Assembly (NCBI GenBank): GCA_951406725.2
Contig: OX597841.1
Span: forward strand, 13,330,001 to 13,394,000
Reading direction: 5' to 3'
From: Octopus vulgaris
Taxonomy: Eukaryota
Length of the DNA stretch: 64,000 bases
In this document: positions 51,844-64,000 of the stretch, piece by piece
How positions within the stretch are numbered: the stretch's first letter is position 1
Layout: each line of letters opens with the position of its first letter
The notes under the pieces: model-generated
Seen by the model: the letters and a program-made list of their open reading frames with translations, nothing else
What the model was told of the DNA's origin: nothing
Database searches by the model: none
Translations under genes and position numbers: made by a program

Positions 51844-52249
51844 TATGTACTGACGAAGTACTGAAGGTCAACCTCAGAACACTAAGCATTTCGGACAAGA
51901 GGACAAAGGACCAAGATGCCTGGTGCCTTGCTGCACCCAAGATGACCCATACTCTGCAGCGGAAGTGTTAAAGCCGCTGCCCCTAGTAAAGAGGGTCAGC
52001 CTACAAGAGTCTTGTGCAAGTGCCACGTAAAAAGCATTTGTGCCTGTGTCACAAGGGCACTCGGCACACTCTGTAAAATGGTTGCAGTGAAGAAGGGCAT
52101 CCAGCCATGGCAACCATGCTACAACAGACTGGAGCAGCTCCCCAACTTGCCAACGATGGCCAAACCATCCTACCCATACCAGTATGGACAATGGTCATTA
52201 AATGACGACACACACACACACACACACATATGTGCAAAGATGCATACAC

Positions 52250-52358
52250 AGCCCATTCTGCTTATATACACCCATTCTGCTTATATACACCCATTCTGCT
52301 TATATACACCCATTCTGCCTATATACACCCATTCTGCTTATATACACCCATTCTGCTA
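52250..52358. repeat. ~20-bp minisatellite cccattctgcttatatacac (5-6 units)
   Basis: Direct reading. Confidence 0.9.
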
Positions 52359-52756
52359 CAGCCACACTCATGACTCAACAATTCTGCTGCTAAAGCTATT
52401 GTAGTGATGGTCATGGTTGGTATGTAGTGGTGGTGGGTGGCAACTGTACTGAACAGTAGAGTTAGCAGAAGGATTAGTTGCAGAATTAAGATCATCTGAT
52501 TAAGAAGACATTTGAAGTAAGACAGGAGATGGAGATGATGATGATGATGATGCCGACTGGAACGAAGTCTTTGAGGAATCTTATCTCCGAACACCCTTTA
52601 AATCTCCACCGACCCCCATCTATACATACTCATACACACAGATTGATGTGTGTGTGTGTGTGTGTGAATAAATCCCCATTCTCTCCATCTTCAATGAACA
52701 ACTACTCACACTCTATTTCTTTCTCTGTATTTATTTATGTATGTGTGTATATATAT

Positions 52757-52807
<51 letters not shown>

Positions 52808-52884
52808 GTGTGTGCGTATTTCTACTTAGAGATATTTGTGTGTGTGTGTTTGTGTGTGCATATTTATACTTACAGATATTTGTG

Positions 52885-52928
<44 letters not shown>

Positions 52929-54329
52929 CACACACAGTTATGTGTGTATATACATCTATATATATATAGTTAGGTGTGTATATACATCTATATATGTATA
53001 GGGAGGTAAATGTGCACGTTTGTAAATATGTGTGTGTATGTTCAAGTATTTATAGGTGTGCATATACAGATATGCGTGCGTGTGTGTGTGTCTTACCATT
53101 TGAATTTACAAAAGAAAGGAGAAAAAAAACCTCTTCTCTCTATAAACTGATTTTACTTGAAGCTGATTCTTTCATGTTTACCTAGTTTAGTTGGGTGTGT
53201 ATGTATGTATGTATGTATATATATACACACACATACACAATCACTCGGTTAATGTCTGAAGCATTTTTATGGAGCCTGCAGTATAATGTGCATGTATTTG
53301 TGTGTGTGTATGCCTATACATACACATATATTGTGTCTATATTTCTATATGAATGTGTGTGTGTTTTCTATGTACATACACACACACACACACACTCTTG
53401 TCTCCTACGTATATGAATGCTTGGGTATATGTATTTCTCTCTCCCATACCATATATATGTGTGTGTGTGTGTGTGTGTTTATATATATATGCGTACACAC
53501 ACACATATATATACACACTCATTTACACACATATACATATATATATACATACATCTATATATATGCATGTATATACATATATACATACATCTATATGTAC
53601 ATATATATATGTATGTATGTATATACATGCACATCTATTCCATCCTTGTTAAGAGGCACAAGCACTTATATATATACACACACACACACATACACATACA
53701 TGCATACACACACATTAGGTGAAGATGTGGTTGTGTGGTAAGAAGCTTACTTCCCAACCACATGGTTCTGGGTTCAGTTCCGCTGTGTTCCACCTTGGGC
53801 AAGTGTCTTCCATTATAATTTAACCCAGGACCAGCTACGTGGTTGGGAAACAAACTTCTTACACACACACATGCTGGGCTTCTTTCAGTTTCCACCTACG
53901 AAATAACCCACTCGGATTGCTTTGGAGCCATCGTAGAAAATGCTTGCGGAAACGTGCCACTCAGTGGAACTGAACCCAAGGCTACAAGATTTGTAAACAA
54001 TCTCCTTAACCACACAGCCACCCCAGTTGTTGTTGTTGTTGTTGTTGTAGCTGATGATTCACTGCATTGTTTGTTTCCCAACCTAAACAACAAAACACAT
54101 TATCAGCCATAAACACACCAGTTGTGCTGCTCCTCTCCATAACTGGTGACATTTCCTTTCTTCCACTTACCCCTCCTCCCTTTCTCTTTGCCCTACCATC
54201 ACCCAACCTTGTTTTGTTATTTCCGGTCGGTTTGTTGCAGGCCGTCAGTGCCATCTACATCTTCATAGTCCACCGCGACCATGATGCCCAGCACCAACCT
54301 GTTCCACCGCGCCACACATCGTATCTCCA

Positions 54330-55100
54330 CCGCCCTCGTCACCACCGCCGTCATCACCACCACCACCACTGTCATCACTACCATCACTGCTACGACCACC
54401 ACTGTCATCACCACCACCACAGCTACCACCATCATCATCATCACTACCACACCACCACCACCACCACTTTCCACAACCCCACCACTACCATCACCACTGC
54501 CACCATCATCACCACCACCACCACCACCATCATCACCACAGCCACCACCATTGCCACTGCGACCACCATTGCACTATTAACCTTTTCCACTCCCACCACC
54601 ACCACCTCCCCTATCATCATTCTGCTCACCATCCCCACCAACCTTCATCACTACTGCATCCATCCTCATTGCTCTTGTCATCCCCTGGGTCATCAGTACC
54701 ACCCCATTATCATCATCACCATCATCCCATCATCATCGTCTTCAATCATAATCATCACCCCCAACATGACCTTCATCATCATCACAACCACCATCATCAC
54801 CATCGTCATTGCCATTGTTACCCATCATCATCATCATTGTCCCTATCACCATCTCCACCACCATTATCATTATCGCCACCATCCCCATCACCATCTTCAT
54901 CTCCACTACCATTATCATCACTACCATCACACCACCACCTCCATCATTGCCACCACCACCATTTCCACAACCCCCCACCACCACCATCATCACCACCATC
55001 ATCACCACCATTGCCACCACTATTGCCACTACTACCACCATCGCCACCACCCCCTTCATCACCACTACCATCGTCATTTTTCACCTCCACTACCACCGTC
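54330..55100. repeat. (CAC/CAT)n low-complexity block
   Basis: Source of the 360-aa His/Thr pseudo-ORF. Confidence 0.9.
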
Positions 55101-55774
55101 GATCCCCCCACGCCCTCCCACCTGGCCATCCACAAAGAGAGGAAGTTGAAAGGTCAAACGATATTAAAGATTATAATTTATTCCAAAGGAGAGAGGGGGG
55201 GGCACCCCGGTTGGAGATAATGGTTTGGGTGGTAGTGGTGGTGGTGGTGGTTGTAGTGGTTTGTATGTGTGTGTGTTGTACACTTACATATTCCTGCACA
55301 CATGCATGCATTTATGGTCTCTTGTCGGTGTCTCACACATTTAGGGGAACACATGCACACGCGGGGACTCACAGACACATGAATACACAGTGGTTTACAA
55401 AAGCACACTTTTGTGGACACACACGGCTTCATATTTGTGTATACACGCATTGTTACACACTCGTATACACATGCTTGCATATTTACATTCACACACACAC
55501 ACACACACACAAACACACACAAAATCCCTCCTCTCATCTTACTACCTTTGTTCACTTTCCCACCAAATTATAATGATAATAATAACAATAATAATAATAA
55601 TAATCCTGTCTGCTAAGGGTACAAGGCCTGAAATTTGGTGGAAGAGACCCTGAAAGGATGAAAGAAACAATCAACCATGGCAGAATTTGAACTCACAACA
55701 TGCTGTTAAGCATTTTGCTTGCTTGGCGTGCTAACCATTCTGCCAGCTTCCTGCCTTTAATAATAATAATAATA

Positions 55775-55990
55775 TTTTCTACTCTAGGCTCAAGGCCCAA
55801 AATTTTGGGGGAGGGGGCCAGTTGATTAGATTGACCCCAGTATGCAACAGGTACTTAATTTATCGACCCTGAAAGGATGAAAGGCAAAGTCGACCTCAGC
55901 AGAATTTGAACTCAGAACATGAAGACAGATGAAATACTGCTAAGCATTTCGCCAGACGTGCTAATGTTTCTGCCAGCTTCCCCTGCCTTA
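55775..55990 (-). mobile_element. tRNA-derived SINE family 3 (Meta/MESC-like core)
   Basis: Minus strand gctggcagaaacattagcac...gagttcaaattc...ggtcgactttgcctttcatcctttc...gtcgataaattaagtacc. Other copies at 10565-10885 (two), 31010-31210, 37515-37680, 46450-46580, 55610-55760 and 56115-56225. The core name is from memory. Confidence 0.75.
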
Positions 55991-56743
55991 ATAATAATAA
56001 TAATTAATAATAATTAATAATAAATAATAATAATAATAATTAATAATAAATAATAATAATAATAATTAATAATAATAAATAATAATAATAGCAATAATAA
56101 TAATAATAATGTTTGAAATTTAAGCCCAAAGCCAGATATTTTAGGGAAGGAGTATTATATTGACCCTGGGGGGGGATGAAAATAAAAATCGACCTCAGTG
56201 GAATTTGAACTTGGAATGTAAGGAGCTGGAGAGAACATACACACACACACACACATGCACACTCGCATACACACTTCTACAATCTGATGTTCTAACGAGT
56301 CTGCCAAATAATAATCAAAGAATAATGTCTGTTATGGTGCTATTATGATCATCACCACCACCACTACCACTACATGCAATCAGTACCACCAGCACCACCA
56401 CCACCACCACAAGCAATTAGTATTACCACCGCCATCTTGGCCCCCACCACCATCATCATCATCATTGCTATAATCACCCTCAACACCCATTGCTCTCACC
56501 ACTACCCACCTTCATATCTCACCCCTCTCAACACCCATTTGCTTTCTCCTCCTCCTCCCCTTCCTCTCTCTGCCTCTCCTCTCCTTTTATTCGACCTCTC
56601 CCACCTCTCTCTCTCCCCCTCCAGCATTCTACAATAAACTGTGACAACTTAGGTTCAAATTTCACAAGGGACACTCTGTCTGTGTGTGTGTGTGTATTCC
56701 TCTTCAACCCTCTCCTCTTTCTCTGCCACTCTTTCTCTCTCTC

Positions 56744-56825
<82 letters not shown>

Positions 56826-57049
56826 CACACAATGTCTACATATGTTATATTTCTGTCCCCACCCATCTCTTCTCTCTCTCATCTCTATGTATGTATGTAT
56901 GTGTGTGTGTGTGTGTATATATATATGTACTTGTTGGCATGTGTGTGTGAGTGTATATAATTACACATACATGCCAGCAAGTACACATACGTGTGTATCT
57001 ATCTATATATATGTGTATATATATATAGTTAGCTTGTCATTCTTTTTAT

Positions 57050-57096
<47 letters not shown>

Positions 57097-57265
57097 ATAA
57101 TATATATATGTATACACACACACACATTCATGTTTAAAGGCATACACATACATGCACACAGAACATGCATACCTTAAACTCTCCCTCTCCTTGTTTCATA
57201 TATGTGGTGTGTGTATGCATGTGAATACATGTATGTGCCTATATGTATGCATATAGGCATGTATC

Positions 57266-57301
<36 letters not shown>

Positions 57302-57529
57302 GTGTGTGTGTATGTATATATTTCCTGTGTGACACACACACACTGGTGGCAATGATTGACTGTGAGAAAATATCTGTATGATATTTTCGGTACGCAATTT
57401 TAACATAGCTAATGGTGACGCTTATTTTGGTATTTTTGTCCTGCAATTATCTGGAGGCTCTTTGACTGGCAGCATGGAATTAAACTGTGCTAGATTGCCA
57501 GATAAAACCAACTGGGTGTGTTGAGCAGG

Positions 57530-58530
57530 ATCTCTTTATCGTATCACCAAATAATTTTGGACAGAATGCCGGAGAAAATGTCTCGTTGTAATGAGTTGCT
57601 CCCCTTTATCGTATGACAAACATTTTGTGGGAGAATGTTGGAGGAAATTGCTTATGATTTTGAGTTATGTCCCTTTATTGTATGACAAACGTTTTGTGGG
57701 AGAATGGTCTCCCCTTATAGTATGACAAGCATTTTGTGGGAGACTTCTGGTGGAAATAGCTTATAATTTTGAGTTATGTCCCTTTATTGTATGACAAACG
57801 TTTTGTGGGAGAATGCTGGAGGAAATTGCTTATAATTTTGAGTTATGTCCCTTTATTGTATGACAATCGTTTTGTGGGAGAATGGTCTCCCCTTATAGCA
57901 TGACAAGCATTTTGTGGGAGAATTCTGGTGGAAATAGCTTATAGTTTTGAATTGTCTCCCTTTATTGTATGACAAACGTTTTGTGGGAAAATGGTCTCCC
58001 CTTATAGCATGACAAGCATTTTGTGGGAGAATTCTGGTGGAAATAACTTATAGTTTTGAATTGTCTCCCTTTATTGTATGACAAACGTTTTGTGGGAAAA
58101 TGGTCTCCCCTTATAGTATGACAAGCATTTTTTGTGGAAGAATTCTGGTGGAAATAGCTTATAGTTTTGAATTGTCTCCCTTTATTGTATGACAAACGTT
58201 TTGTGGGAAAATGGTCTCCCCTTATAGTATGACAAGCATTTTTTGTGGGAGAATTCTGGTGGAAATAGCTTATAATTTTGAGTTATGTCCCTTTATTATA
58301 TGACAAACGTTTTGTGGGAGAATGGTCTCCCCTTATAGTATGACAAGCATTTTGTGGGAGAATTCTGGTGGAAACAGCTTATAGTTTTGAATTGTCTCCC
58401 TTTATTGTATGACAAACATTTTGTGGTAGAATGCTGGAGAGAATGGCATATAATTTTGAATTATTTCACTCATTGTATGACAAACATGTTGAAGAGAATG
58501 CCAGAGAAACTAGCTTATGATGTTGTCTCT
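57530..58530. repeat. Higher-order minisatellite (~109-bp period built from ~68- and ~41-bp related subunits)
   Basis: Shared core cccttta(t)tgtatgacaa(a/g)c(g/a)ttttgtggga; homogeneous centre with degenerate edges. Confidence 0.9.
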
Positions 58531-58786
58531 CTTATTCTATGATAATTTGTGTGTGTGTGATAATGTAGGTGATAACAGCTTGTAGTACACAATTATCTCC
58601 CTTTACATTCTTTTTTTTTCATCTTTGTTATCTTGTCATTTTCTTATCTTCATCCTGTCTTCATTTTTATCCTTGCCCTCCTCCTCCCACTACGGTTTTC
58701 TACAAGATACCTCACTCCATCCATCAATCAATCAATCGATCGTTTCTCACCACCACGTCTTCTTCTTCTTCTTCCTCTCGTTGCAG

Positions 58787-58893
58787 GCTAAACCCTTTGC
58801 CAAAATACAAGACACACCAACCCGCAGCCGCGGCACTTGAATTAACAGAAAACTCTCATCTGCCGCTGTCCGTCCCACTTTTTTCGCCCAACC
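58787..58893 (+). other. TLN: 5'-UTR portion of the talin start-codon exon
   Basis: Long pyrimidine tract (tcttcttcttcttcttcctctcg) followed by ttgcAG ending at 58786, a strong acceptor 107 nt upstream of the ATG. This implies upstream non-coding exon(s). Confidence 0.8.
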
Positions 58894-59035
58894 ATGGCCA
58901 CCCTGTCGCTAAAGATCAGCGTTGTTGGCAGCAATGTAGTGAAAACAATGCAGTTTGATCCTTCTACCATCGTTTTCGATGCTTGCCACATCATCCGAGA
59001 GAAAATAGCCGATGCTATCGGCAACGACAAAAAAC
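58894..59035 (+). CDS. TLN: Talin, first coding exon (N-terminal F0 subdomain of the FERM head); the gene continues beyond the window
   Basis: Translates to MATLSLKISVVGSNVVKTMQFDPSTIVFDACHIIREKIADAIGNDKK, closely matching the talin N-terminus as I recall it (human TLN1 MVALSLKISIGNVVKTMQFEPSTMVYDACRIIRERI). Strong Kozak context ccaaccATGG. Donor GTAAGT at 59036 (phase 1). The ORF-track extension past 59035 is intronic. Confidence 0.95.
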
Positions 59036-59684
59036 GTAAGTTTTCTTCATTTTTGCTTTTTGTTTCATTTTTTAATTATGTCATTTTAATAAGAAATTTT
59101 AAATTTCGATATTTTGTCAAGCGTGGGTCATTGCCAGTGCCGCCTGACTGGCTCCCATGCCAGTGGCACATAGAAAGCACCATTCAAGCATGGTCGATGC
59201 CAGTACTGCCTGATTGGCCCCCATGAGGTTGTGAGTTTGATTCTCAGTTGTCTTCTTGAGCAAGACCCTTTATTTCCAGTTGCTCCAGTTCACTCATCTG
59301 TAGAAATGAGTTGTGATGTCACTGGTGCCAAGCTCTATCGGCCCCTTTACCTTTCCCTTGGATAACATCGGTGGCATGGAGAGGGTTGGGGCTGGTATCC
59401 ATAGGCGACTGCTGGTCTTCCATAAGCAACCTTGCCCGGACTTGTGCCATGAAGCCTTCTAGATGCAATCCCATGGTCATTCGTGACCGAAGGGGGTCTA
59501 TATTCTTTACCCTGTGTACATATAATGGTGTGGAGGGGGGTGGCTGGTATCCATAGGTGACTGCTGGTCTTCCATAAGCAACCTTGCTCAGACTTGCGCC
59601 ATGGAGGGAAACCTTCTAGATGCAATCCCATGGTCATTCGTGACTGAAGGGGGTCTATACTCTTTACCCTGTCTACATATAATG

Positions 59685-60510
59685 TACACTTCAAAGTAGT
59701 ATCCCCTGACTTCAGTGCACATATTGCAGTGTTCCCATCACTTTATGAAGGTCCCATGGAAGCCCCACAAAGTGGAGGCATCCAAAATCCTTGTCAAAAC
59801 ATCCACCCCTCAACGTTTTCAAAGCAGCTGCCCCTGAGCTTCTCTTTTAGATTAAAGAACAACCAGGAGTCACAGGGAGCAAGGTGTGGGCTGCAGGGAG
59901 GGTGAGGGGACAGTTTTGGTGCCCATCTCTGTCGATGAATTGGTTACCGGAATGGAATTGTGGATTGGTGCATTGTCCTGGTGCAAATGCTCTGGCCTTA
60001 TGTGACAAAATCTCTTCAGGAATTCCCTGAAAACCCTAACAAAGTACCCCTTCTTGATCATCAGGCCAGAGAGAACCCACTGGATCTAGACGATGCCCTT
60101 GTTTTTGAGAGAGAAAGGGGATCATGAGGGGCTTCCCAGTGGACTTGCTTTGCCTGCGATAGATGCTCAGCTCATACAAGTTTATCCACGACCAGTCTGG
60201 AGCTTTTCACAAGATCCTGTGGTGGTTTTCCCCAGTTTAACATAAAACTGTATTATGTCTCAATTTCCCGAATTGTTTTCATGTCTCGACTGCATTCTGC
60301 AAAACCAGTCAGCTGTGACCAGCAGCATTTAGCAGGGTGTGTCCACAGTGTTGTTACAGCTGTTTCCTTCAGTCTTGAAAAACAAAAGGTTGGCAGGTCA
60401 GCTTATTTGATGTACACTAACGACATTTTAAAATTAGAATAATCTACAACATTTATAACTGTCTCTCCTAAAAAAAAAAAAAGTCTCAAAACTTCTGGAA
60501 TGCACCTTGT
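59685..60510 (-). mobile_element. Degenerate mariner (Tc1/mariner) transposon
   Basis: Minus strand HLHQDNAPIHNS...TVPSPSLQP resembles the HHDNAPAH...HPPYSPDLAP catalytic region. TIR-like end ggtgcattccagaagttttgagac near 60500. Confidence 0.7.
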
Positions 60511-61699
60511 GTGAGTGTGTGTGTGTGTGTGTGTATTACTCCAGCTGTGTGTGTGTGTGTGTATGTATCTAACTGCATCAAAGTGTGTGTGTGTATGTGT
60601 GTATACATATATCTGGTTGTGTGTGTGTGTAGTGTCTGTAAATGTGTGTGTGTGTGTGTGTATGTATCTAACTGCATCAAAGTGTGTGTATGTGTGTATA
60701 CATATATCTGGTTGTGTGTGTGTAGTGTCTGTAAATGTGTGTGTGTATGTATGTATTAATCCAGCTGTGTGTGTGTGTGTGTATGTATGTTATCTAACTG
60801 CATCAAAGTGTGTGTGTGTGTAATTGTAGTCCTGGCTGTTGTAATTATTCCATTATCTGATGATTAAACCAAATGCCACAGTTTTTAGCTCCAGTCTTGC
60901 CTCAAAGAAATACCAAACGAAAATTCTGAGTAATTTAACCGTCTTACCCCCATCCCACCCACCTACCCCATTCGCCTTTTAATAGCTGCTGACTTAATAA
61001 CACCTGCCCACTCCTGCCCACCCCTCATTACTGGCTGTAACGAGGCTTTGAAATAATTTGATGCTGTTACTATTGTTGTTGTTGTTGTTTATAAATACAT
61101 TCATAGGAATGTGGGTTAGCAAGGCCTGCAAATTGAGATATTCACACACGAGGTTCACACGTTGGCTCTAAGACCTACGGAAAGAAAATGTAGGGGTGTA
61201 TCATAATTCGGGGAAGAGCTGCTGCTATACAGACATGTGTCCTGGACAGGATTTAGGATATCGGTGTAGTAAGGGACTCCTCTGGACCCAGAAAAGGACC
61301 ACTTACCTTATTGATATTGAAGCACTAGCAGTCACACTCCAGCCACTGGCCCCCTGGTGGACTGTGTCCTCTCTCTGTCTCACTAACATCATATCTTAGT
61401 TTCATCATCATCATCATCATCGTTTAACGTCCGCTTTCCGTGCTAGCATGGGTTGGACGGTTCGACCGGGGTCTGGGAAGCCAGGGGTTGCACCAGGCTC
61501 CAGTCTGGTCTGGCAGTGTTTCTACAGCTGGATGCCCTTCCTAATGCCAACCACTCCGCGAGTGGAGTGGGTGTTTTTACATGCCACCAGCCTCATTTAA
61601 TATAATCTTCAGTTATTTTACTCATAAAAGTACCACCATTTGTCACCTGTGTATGTATGTGTGTGTGCATATATATATATATATATATATCACCATGAT

Positions 61700-61986
61700 G
61701 ACTGTGACTGACCAGGCTATCAGATGTTGCTACACATCGCTGGTCACAATGCGCTTCACATAGCCTTCAAATGATGCCACCCCGCTGGCTAAGTGAGCAG
61801 GCCAACAGAAGAAAGAGTGAGAGAAAGTTGTGGTGAAAGAGTACAGCAGGGATCGCCACCACCCCCTGCTGGAGCCTCGTGGAGCTTTAGGTGTTTTTGC
61901 CGCTCAATAAACACTCACAACGACCGGTCTGGGAAATGAAACCGCGATCCTATGATTGCGAGTCCACTACTCTAACCACTGGGCCG
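61700..61986 (-). mobile_element. tRNA-derived SINE family 5
   Basis: Minus-strand head ggcccagtggttagagtagtggactcgcaatcataggatcgcggtttcatttccc with A/B-box-like motifs. Confidence 0.55.
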
Positions 61987-62844
61987 TTACTGCTCCGTGT
62001 GTGTGTGTGTATGTATGTATGTATGTATATATGTATGTATGTGTATATATATATATAGAGAGAGAGAGGGAGGGAAAAAGGAGGAGTAATTTGCTTAAAT
62101 GTCATACACATTGCCAGATGGTTCACTCAATATTCCTCTCCTGTATGTGTGTGTGTGTGTGTGTGTGTTGCATTGTAACTTGATTTAGCTTGTAATGACT
62201 GAGGAGGGTAGGTACCTGCTTGACAACTTGTCACATAACCACTTGAAACCTTCATACTAAATGCCTTCAAAATATCAATAATCGGCTTCTGTTATGTACG
62301 TTTATATAGTTATGTATAAAAACGAAAGCCTGTCTCAAGTCTTTTGCCTCATTGTGTTGGAGCTGATCCAAATATTTGTGAGGTGTTTAAGTAAAAGTGA
62401 GTTCTAGACTTCTCTCTGGATGGGGTTCCTGTCTGTTGCAGGGATAAATTGCCCTCACACTGCTGCTAATAGTACTTTTGTGTGTGTGTGGAGGCATTTT
62501 GCTTAGTGGTTAGGGCATTCGGCTGACAATCATAAAGTTGTGAGTTCAATTCCCGGCGGCACACTGTGCCATTGAGCATGACTCTTTATTTCACATTGCT
62601 CCAGTCCACTCAGCCAGCATAAATTCAAAGGGGCCAGCCTTGTCACATCCTGTGTTACGCTGAACTTCCTTGAGAACCATGTTACGGGTACGCATGTCTG
62701 TGGAGCGTTCAACCACTTTTATGTTAATTTCATGTGCAGGGAGGCTGTTCCGTTGATTGGATCAAATGGATCCCTCGTCATCGTCATAACCGACGGAGAG
62801 CCCAGCTATGCGTGCATATGTATACACACATACACAAAGGTATA

Positions 62845-63264
62845 GGCGCAGGAGTGACTGTGTGGTAAGTAGCTTGCTAACCAACCACATGGTTCCGGGT
62901 TCAATCGCACTGCGGGGCACCTTGCGCAAGTGTCTTCTGCTATAGCCTTGGGCTAACCAAAGCCTTGTGAGTGGATTTGGCAGATGGAAACTGAAAAGAA
63001 GCCCGTCATATATATGTATGTATGTGTGTATATATTTATTATTATATATATATATATATATGCGTGTGTGTTTGCGTGTCTGTGTTTGTCCCCCTAGCAT
63101 TGCTAGGTGTGTTTATGTCCCCGTTACTTAGCGGTTCGGCAAAAGAGACCGATAGAATAAGTACTGGGCTTGCAAAAGAATAAGTGCCGGGGTCGAGTTG
63201 CTCGATTAAAGGCGGTGCTCCAGAATGGCCGCAGTCAAATGACTGAAACAAGTAAAAGAGTAAA
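62845..63264 (+). mobile_element. SINE family 1 copy
   Basis: Full-length match with a small internal deletion. Confidence 0.85.
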
Positions 63265-64000
63265 GGTATAATGTGTGTGTGTGTGTGTGTGTGTGTAGTT
63301 TGATGGACGTGGTGAGATAGTAAGAGCTGTCATTAGGTAGGGTGTGTTTTGTGTGTGTGTGTGTGTGTGTATATGCAGATGTACATTTCTGTGTGTGTAT
63401 GAAGATGTATGTTGCATTCATGTGTGTTCTGGTGGGTGAGTATACATAGGATAGTGGATATGCATGTTTGTGTATGTATGTGTGTGTGTGTATGTATGTA
63501 TATGTATGTGCATGTATGTATGTTGTATATGTATGTATATATATATGTGTGTGTGTGTATGTATATGTATGTATATATCTGTGTGTATATATGTGTGTGT
63601 GTGTGTGTGTGTATACTTGTATGTGTAGGAGGGGGATGGGCAGCCGTCTAGATAGGGGGTGGGGTGGGATTGCGTTCCATCCTGTAATTTGTACATTAAA
63701 CACCCGCACGCCACCTATCATTACTTACCATTCTCTGTACAAAGGACAGGAGGCCTCCACCCCGTACCCCCCCCCCCCCCCCCACTGCTCTGATGGTACC
63801 ACTATCTTCCCCTCGCTCTTTAATCTCTCCCCCCTGCTCCTCCTCCCCTTTATTTCCCACCACCACCACCATCTCTATAACATGGCATTACTAATAACCA
63901 CAACCACCATGAGATTTCTACTATTACTACCACCACCACCACAATACACTACCAAGCCAATGGTGTCCTTTATAAGGTAGCTAGACCTGGTAAAAATAGC

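Noticed and set aside
54067-55149. 360-aa His/Thr-rich ORF
   Set aside because: Translation of a (CAC/CAT)n tract with long ORFs in several frames on both strands; no domain and no splice signals.
59036-59226. C-terminal extension of the 110-aa talin ORF in the track
   Set aside because: Read-through past the GTAAGT donor into intron and repeat sequence.

Overview
Eukaryotic, repeat-saturated, AT- and microsatellite-rich DNA. The SINE/LINE complement points to an octopus (coleoid cephalopod) genome; this is an inference from recognised repeat types. The only host coding sequence I can identify is the first coding exon of talin (+, exon 58787-59035, ATG 58894, F0 subdomain). Most of the window is therefore probably talin 5' intron or upstream sequence. 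It is filled with tRNA-derived SINEs, 3' fragments of CR1 and RTE LINEs, mariner remnants, TTAA-type MITEs, a non-autonomous Helitron, minisatellites and microsatellites. Nearly all ORFs in the supplied track are microsatellite or SINE artefacts. Four observations stand out. (1) A near-identical 3.25-copy tandem array of an ~845-bp unit sits in a (TA)n tract (22252-24995). Each unit, and dispersed relatives at 34.2 and 39.4-39.9 kb, carries hammerhead-ribozyme core elements (AUC, GAAA, CUGAAGA) with complementary stems, but in a reversed strand order that is not a circular permutation. (2) A strong candidate recursive splice site (AG|GTGAGT plus a downstream donor) lies at 16080. (3) A 26-nt micro-exon candidate would create a uORF overlapping the talin start. 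(4) A dense cluster of nuclear-receptor half-sites lies at 42.6 kb. Repeat boundaries were read by eye and are approximate.
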